Origin: Amoebidium appalachense
Taxonomy: Eukaryota > Protista > Ichthyosporea
Length of the DNA stretch: 64,000 bases
Direction of reading: 5' to 3'
NCBI GenBank assembly: GCA_963693365.1
Contig: CAVNZM010000018.1
Coordinates: forward strand, 1,898,728-1,962,727
Shown here: positions 46,987 to 64,000 of the stretch, piece by piece
How the letters are laid out: every line of letters begins with the position of its first letter
How positions within the stretch are numbered: position 1 is the stretch's first letter
Program-made: the position numbers and the translations under genes
Notes under the pieces: model-generated
What the model was told of the DNA's origin: nothing
The model's input: only the letters and a program-made list of their open reading frames with translations
Databases searched by the model: none

Positions 46987-49701
46987 ACACAAAGAGATGG
47001 GGAAACAGAACCTTCCAAACACGGGCTGGAATGCACTGAAAAAGAAGGGAGTCCAGGATTTATATAGGGGCAGTCAAAAACCTGGAAGCCAATTATAATG
47101 TTCCACCAATCACAAAGTTGTTCTAGAACGTCGGCGTACTTTGAAGCTCTGATAATTTGTTTTTAAAAAGCTGTAAAATGAAGTGCAGCCCATCTAAAAT
47201 ATTTAAAATAGAACAGAGTTTGATAAGCTTATGTGATTGGCCAACACCTCTATGAACCACCAAACACCAATGTAACTGCTATATATAGCAATTTCACACA
47301 AAGAGAACACACTGACAGGGTTGATAATGATTGTTGTCAGTATTCCATCGTAAAATCAGTTTTGTGGAATTGGAAAGCTCCCTAGTTGGGCCCCTCAACA
47401 GGCTTTCCCTTATACCATTTACGGGAAGCTTTAAAATTTTCAACCGTATAACAGAATTTCTCGTCACCAAGCGGCTTCCCGGAGGCTCCAGCACTTCGAA
47501 CAAAGCAGGCGGACCTTGCGAACGGTTCAGGTGGTTGTGTAAGAAGGTATGATATGCCATGAATTCTGGAATGTTTATTCTACCACGACCTGTAAGATTT
47601 TGGCCACTTGCGAAAATCGTGCCAGGTGGTGGTGTACGGTTTTTATGTCATACAAGTTCTGTGAACTTCTGTCCAATCATTTTGACACCAAAAGTATGCT
47701 CCGATTGGGTTGATTGGTCCATGTTTATGCATTGGTGTGTCTGGCTCAAGCAGATAAAATACGTTCGGTACTGGTCAAGGTCGGTTGCTGCCGATGATTG
47801 GCTTAGCTTTCCCTCGTTATCACCTCATTAGCGTTGCGATTGGGTAGATCTATTTCAGGAATGTTAAAAAGTGTCTATACGTTTAGCGATTGGCTGTTTA
47901 TCGTGTAAAGCGAATCCCCCAACACTTCTAAGTGGGGGGCGATCGTTTGTCCGTACTACTAGTACCTGCGCTCCCGGGAATTTAGATCCCGTTTCCAAAT
48001 GTATGTAACAGTATGTAACTAGTAACTACGGAAATTTGAGCCTCGTTATACCAAAACACCCATATTTCGTGTGGAAGTTATTGATTTCTATTATATGTAG
48101 AACCACATGCAATCCTATGTCTGCAACGGAATTTTATGTGGCCTAAATGTCGAAAAGGGAAAATCGTAAATCCGCTGTTACACTTTTTTCTTTTGACTCG
48201 GTTTTATTGATCCGTTGATGAAGGCAACGTGCAGCCACAGGCTACATAACCACCAATAGAACTGAAAAAGCCAAAGCTACGAAATAAAAATAAAGCGACA
48301 AGTGACAAAGGACACCAGCAGGCAAAACCTTAAGTGTACGTGTATGCATGAAACTAGTTTGCTCCAACTAGTCATATGCATCGATGTTGACCAGACCACA
48401 CTCCGCAAGAAGACATCATTACTGCTGCTTCCCAAAAGGCCCCCCTACAAAACCTACCGAGGCACAGCAAGCAAGTCAGCCTCTAAAAGAGCAATGCAGC
48501 AAATCTGAGCTAAAAAACAATCGCAACGGGGCCGGCCCCTAGATAACCCGGAGAAACTGCATCTAGCTCTCTCATAAGGTGGCCTAGTTGTGGCACTGAC
48601 ACACAGAAAAACACAATTACAGAATGCATGCAAGCTAACCCGGTCATTGCCATACGACTGGAGGCTAAGTGTCGTATCCTATTATGTATGTACTAGAGAC
48701 GCGGCACTCTACTAAGTGTACACACACGAAAAGGAACGAACGTGTACAGAAAAACGGTAAAGTTTATTCAGACCAGGCTCCGACGGGCAAACTTAGATCC
48801 GTACGGAATCAGACTAAGTTACCACTGAGGCCATCAAGGCCGTGCCCTCAAAGATCATCATCACCTGGCCCCCTACGATGCCACATTCCAAACATTCCGA
48901 TCTACTTTTATCGTGCGCCTGCACGAGCTAAGTCGATCTACTCAACTAATATATTTATCCATGTCTCACCCCTCACCCTCCCCCTAGTGGCACCGCAGAG
49001 TCTAAATCTACATTTCATACTATCCTCCCCCCCCCTCCCTCCCCCCTTTCCTCTACATCTAAATATATAAATACGTTTGGCAACATACACTATCAAACCT
49101 TGCCAATACTTACAAAAGGGCTTCTGCCCGAACAATCACATTCCTAAGTCCTCCTACGATCTATCCTACACACTAATTAGAATTCTATTGGTCGGCTGTC
49201 CCAGCTGACGTGGTCCTGCCCTGCGCCGGCAGAGGCAAGATGATGCACGCAGCTGCACAGCTATCTTGAGGCCTCGGACTTGATCTTGATGATCTGTGGA
49301 CCCGGGCCACCGTGACCCCCCCCCCCCCCCCCCCCCCGATCTCGATCGTAGACTTAGGCTAATCTGCTGAGACGGATTAGTATATGTCACTAAGGACTGC
49401 CAGTGGCAGTCACTTGGAAAGCTCCCCGACGACCAAGTAGCCGCCCCTCCACTCACGCAGCGCAGAAGTAGCTGAAGAAGTTGCAGCAGCCCACCGCCAT
49501 AGGTCGCGCAGAAGCGTAGACAGCGTGAGTAGAAGTTACCATAGGTTGCAGTGGACCACCAGGCGTTGAAGAAACCACTTCTGAAGCGAGAAACTCCATG
49601 AAAGGGAGATGCCCCCACACTCTCACAGCAGTAGGAATACACCAGGCCACACCACACACACGCTGCAGTCACGTTCCCCTGAGTGGGACTCCCTCCCACC
49701 A

Positions 49702-50101
49702 CAAAAAGAAGAAACGAAAACCTTTATATACCTGCAATGGTGAAGAATCGGGAATAAAAGTTGACGTGACAGCTAAGAGATCGAAGTGAAAGAACAGTGA
49801 AGTCCCCCCACAAAAAGAAGAACCGAAAGCCTTTATATACCTGCCATGGTGAAGAATCGGGAATAAAAGTTGACGTGACAGCTAAGAGATCGAAGTGAAA
49901 GTGAAGTCCCAAAGAAGAAACAAAAGCCTTTATATACCTGCCATGGTGAAGAATCGGGAAAAAAAGTTGACGTGACAGCTAAGAGATCAAAGTGAAAGTG
50001 AAGTCCCAAAGAAGAAACGAAAGCCTTTATATACCTGCCATGGTGAAGAATCGGGAAAAAGGTTGACGTGACAGCTAAGAGATCGAAGTGAAAGTGAAGT
50101 C
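49702..50101 (-). repeat. Four ~100-bp tandem units, each with a TATA box (GGTATATAAAG on -) and TGACGTGA
   Basis: Units start at about 49702, 49811, 49911 and 50008 and are nearly identical. Confidence 0.9.
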
Positions 50102-50733
50102 CACACATACGACTCGCCCCACAAATATGAGTTTTTGGGGATCCATAAAGCAAATCCGTTTTTTTCACATACCGCATTCCATCCAGCATGCCATCGATCT
50201 AGCTTGAATGTGGGCCTTCGTAACACCCCTGGTCGTTTTGGGTGGAATGCGGGTGCCTCCGGGTGGAATGCTGCTTAAAACAAACCGATAATAGCAACGT
50301 GGCAAAATAGAAATCTTTAGAAGTGGCCAATCATATCGCCTAGTTACACAAATCCCTGGATAAATAACGAGTAACGTTGAGGTCCCTACACCGCTACCTC
50401 CGCTTCGCAACATGGGCCAGCTTTCAAAGTTCCGACGCGTTGAAGACTTTACCTGGTAGAGTTTATAGTGGGACATCGTTAAGCTACATTTATATATGAC
50501 TGATTCTCACCTGCCTTTGTCTCGAGCGACTCCATATTCTACTATTTACAACACACTGTTCTCAGTTGTGTGGCAGCACTTGCCTACACAGAGCTTTCAG
50601 CCACATGCCTTGTGTTCATTAATCTTTTACGTTGTCTCTAGATTTTAGAGATCCCGAAACTTTATTCGAAGGATCGAAGTGATAGCATCGTATCAGTTTC
50701 AGGCTTTAAAGTGTCCACTGCCGATTTCTAAAA

Positions 50734-60680
<9,947 letters not shown>

Positions 60681-60968
60681 TCTAAAGGGTAATTTTAGCC
60701 CCCCTCCCCCTCCCCCCCCCCCTCCCCCCCCCCCCCACCACCACCGCCACCACCACCACCACCGCCACCACCCTCCCCACCAACCCCTTCCTTTGCACAC
60801 TTGTGCGTGTTCTGGTTTCTTAAAAAGAACTGCATTGTTGTTGTCCGTTGTAAACATGTACTTCGTATTCTGTAACTCACACATTTGTACAAACTTCCCC
60901 CCCCCCCCCCCCCCCCCGGCTCCCACCCACCCACCCCCCCCCCCCCCCCCCCCCCCAAGTTATGCATA

Positions 60969-61151
60969 ACAGTATCTGAGATGGGTTTCGTTAACGAGGT
61001 GAATAGGTCGAAACTCGGGTACTGTGGATGACGTGGGCCCCCCCTGAGGATGGGCTCTGCTTATTATGCATACTCTTTATGTATGGCTTGCATTCTGCAT
61101 CGTGTTATCCGTTTGTTCTTGTGTACTTCGTACTTTTTGACGCATTCAAAA
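60969..61151 (+). mobile_element. 5'-truncated subfamily B copy with an 18-bp target-site duplication
   Basis: CCCCCCAAGTTATGCATA occurs at 60951-60968 and 61152-61169. The insert matches 57340-57521. An older diverged family member follows at ~61160-61244. Confidence 0.88.
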
Positions 61152-61364
61152 CCCCCCAAGTTATGCATACTCCTGGTGTGGCTTGCACTCTGCCTTGTGT
61201 TGTTCGTAATGAGTGTGTACTTCGTACTCTAACGCGTTCTAACCAACCACCCCCCCCCCCACCTTCAACACACGTGCACACACCAGAAGATCGTCTTGGA
61301 CCTTTGAGGTTTCATTCGATTTTTAACGATTTTTGTTGTTTGTTAGTTTTATTGTTTTGGGGGG

Positions 61365-61452
<88 letters not shown>

Positions 61453-61542
61453 ACACGGAAAGGTGGGGGGCGAGGGAGAGGGGGACGGGAGGATTTTTTT
61501 CCTCATTGGTTTTGTCTTGAGCTGTGTCTTTAATTCCCGCCC

Positions 61543-61573
<31 letters not shown>

Positions 61574-61640
61574 TGCCTAGCCCGCCCCGCCCCTACTGAC
61601 ACACTTGCACTCGCTCCAATACACCACACACACGCGCGCG

Positions 61641-61716
<76 letters not shown>

Positions 61717-62108
61717 TACACACATACGCACACACAGCAGTCTGCATTTCTCATCCTTAAGGACCGGCTGCTGTTTCGCTTCCCCCTTCAACTACGTTTT
61801 TTCCCCCTTGGTTTTTCTTTTGCTTCTAAGCTGCTTGTTTTTTTTTTTTTTTTAAGGCGCATAAAAGTAATTGCTCATTGAATGGGCTTGTTGTAAACCT
61901 TTTTATCCATTCATTTTTATTTTATTTATGTGCCGTAATTTTGATCACTCAAACCCCCCCACCGCCCCTCTCCCCTCCCAAAAAAAAAAATAATAAGCGG
62001 CACAATAGATTGAAGAATAAAATGAGATAAAGGACGCACACACACTGTGACACACACGCGGGTACATGCACGTGAGCACACGCGCACGCGAGCAATGAAC
62101 ACACACAC

Positions 62109-62209
<101 letters not shown>

Positions 62210-62423
62210 GATTTGTGTCCGTCGTCCTCGCATTGAGTAAAGCTACTGTGAGTTCGAAATAAAAACCGCAGGCAGGTTTTATTGATCAGTAAACGAATAG
62301 TACTGCAACACCTAATTCATTAAATTGCTGATGTGTGTACGTGAATAATATGCTGTAGATGTACATCCGTATCCGATATCGATAAACTCTGAACGAATTG
62401 GCATGAATACAAATACCCCCCTT

Positions 62424-62462
<39 letters not shown>

Positions 62463-62789
62463 CACACACGCGCGCGCGCGCACAAACCGTTGGGCGCACA
62501 CACACAAGAAAAGGAAAAAGTAATAAAAAAAAACAAAAAAACACCAGCGCCAGTATCGCCACTAAAAAAAATTTTTTTTAACCAACCCCACACTATTAAT
62601 ACCACCATGCATGCATATGATTGCAATCGGAATCACAACCCCATACATCTATTAGTGTCACAAAAATCTACACCTGCATTGTACGCACTCGTGCACGCTG
62701 TGACGCGCAGTCTGACACACGTGAGCATTAAACACATTGACACATACGCGCACACATAGTCATACACGTGTAGACATGCACACACGGTG

Positions 62790-62846
<57 letters not shown>

Positions 62847-62954
62847 TCATAAGCACACTCGCACACGTGTGTACCCACACACACACACTCTCACAAACAC
62901 GCATACACACAACGTCACCTGTACATCGATGGACATTCACCGACCCATGTCCAC

Positions 62955-62993
62955 CAAGGCCTCCTAAATAGCACATCTATTTAGGAGGCCTTG
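62955..62993. other. Perfect 17-bp inverted repeat with a 5-nt loop
   Basis: CAAGGCCTCCTAAATAG-CACAT-CTATTTAGGAGGCCTTG. Confidence 0.9.
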
Positions 62994-63517
62994 ATGGCCA
63001 CCCCTAGTCAGGCACGTGAATGCCTACACTGACGCGGTACGTGACCGGGCGTGAAACTGGGCCAAATCATCACTGAGCATGCACGTGCGTGTACACACGT
63101 AGCACGTGCATATGTGCACGAGTGACACGTGACGTACGCACGCACACACACACACAGGCACACGTTGCCAGCTGAGCTACGCAATGGTCAAGTGATGTTT
63201 GCAATTGTACCCCTTGCTTGGGTGGTATACACTGTAGTAGTAGACGGGAAAAGAACTATTAATAATAAGAAGAAGAATATTTACAAAATTATATAATCGA
63301 AGCGCGGAAAAAGTGCGTCTTGGCAACGTCCTGGCCTCATATTAGGAAAAATGCAACAACATTCGAAAGTTCTCAAAAGTTCTCCAGTACCAGACCACTG
63401 CGGTGATTCACAAATATGCCATTCAAGAAAGGGTTCGAAACTTATATGTGTTTTTTCTCTAGTCAGGGTAACCTAATACATACTCGTAGCGTCTAAGGGC
63501 GTACCTACTATATAAAA

Positions 63518-64000
63518 CGGAGCGTGCTATCCCTCGGAGCGTGCTATCCCTTTAGCAAGGTATGTCCAAAGTCACACTTTGCGGTTCCCTCAAATATCCC
63601 ATGCCCACAACACCGACTGGGGAGTGGCCTTTTGGCCATCAACCATGTCAAAACTCTCTCTCCCTCCTAACCTCTCTAGGTCATCTGACCACTCTCCTAT
63701 CCTTTTCCTACCTAAGATCTCCCTTGATCTGCTCCCCCCTCCCCCTCCCACCTTTCGCCTCCGTCTATCCCAGCTTAAGTCACAGTGGGGTAGAGTTGAT
63801 GTATGTGTATGCTATGCTACGAAACACCCTATATATATGCGCCTATTAGAATCTGCACAAGCCAGGCCAGATTCACATCTCGTACTAGATACATGCACTA
63901 ACTTTATTGTTGATGATTTGATAGATCTCGGTGATTATGCTGGCGGTGGTAGGAAGGAATATCCCGATGCTCTCTTGTTACCAAACACCACTCCCGCTAG
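63518..64000 (+). mobile_element. 5'-truncated copy of the same LINE (copy 3), running off the right edge
   Basis: From ~63535 it appears identical by eye to positions ~22-488. It begins with a tandem duplication of CGGAGCGTGCTATCCCT, directly after CTATATAAAA. Confidence 0.93.

Noticed and set aside
47294-47640. Short non-repetitive ORFs upstream of ACH1
   Set aside because: No recognisable motifs or splice partners; cannot be supported as coding.

Overview
Eukaryotic, intron-rich DNA saturated with (CA)n/(GT)n, (CT)n/(GA)n and poly-C/poly-G tracts. The gene content suggests a unicellular opisthokont or early-diverging fungus-like organism (inference only). Most ORFs in the supplied track are microsatellite artefacts. 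By hand I could splice four multi-exon genes with GT-AG introns and consistent phase: (1) a 401-aa disordered protein with a thrice-repeated motif (5993-12502, -); (2) a claudin/PMP22/LHFPL-type tetraspan protein with a PPxY tail (16419-19700, -); (3) an Ach1-family acetyl-CoA hydrolase/CoA-transferase (37237-46344, -); (4) a PGAP2/FRAG1-family protein (50734-60680, +). Three decayed paralogues of an unknown membrane protein lie at about 22.9-31.4 kb. Mobile DNA includes three copies of an APE+RT non-LTR retrotransposon, a TA-flanked TIR element with a zinc-finger ORF, several MITEs and minisatellites. The most notable signal is a dispersed family of at least 11 retroposon-like inserts. They are 5'-truncated, share a 3' end, lack a poly(A) tail, sit at poly-C tracts and are always sense to the host gene. 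Their ~160-nt core folds into a covariation-supported RNA structure with a canonical kink-turn and a pseudoknot, and it retains hammerhead-like CUGAGGA and CGAAAC motifs.
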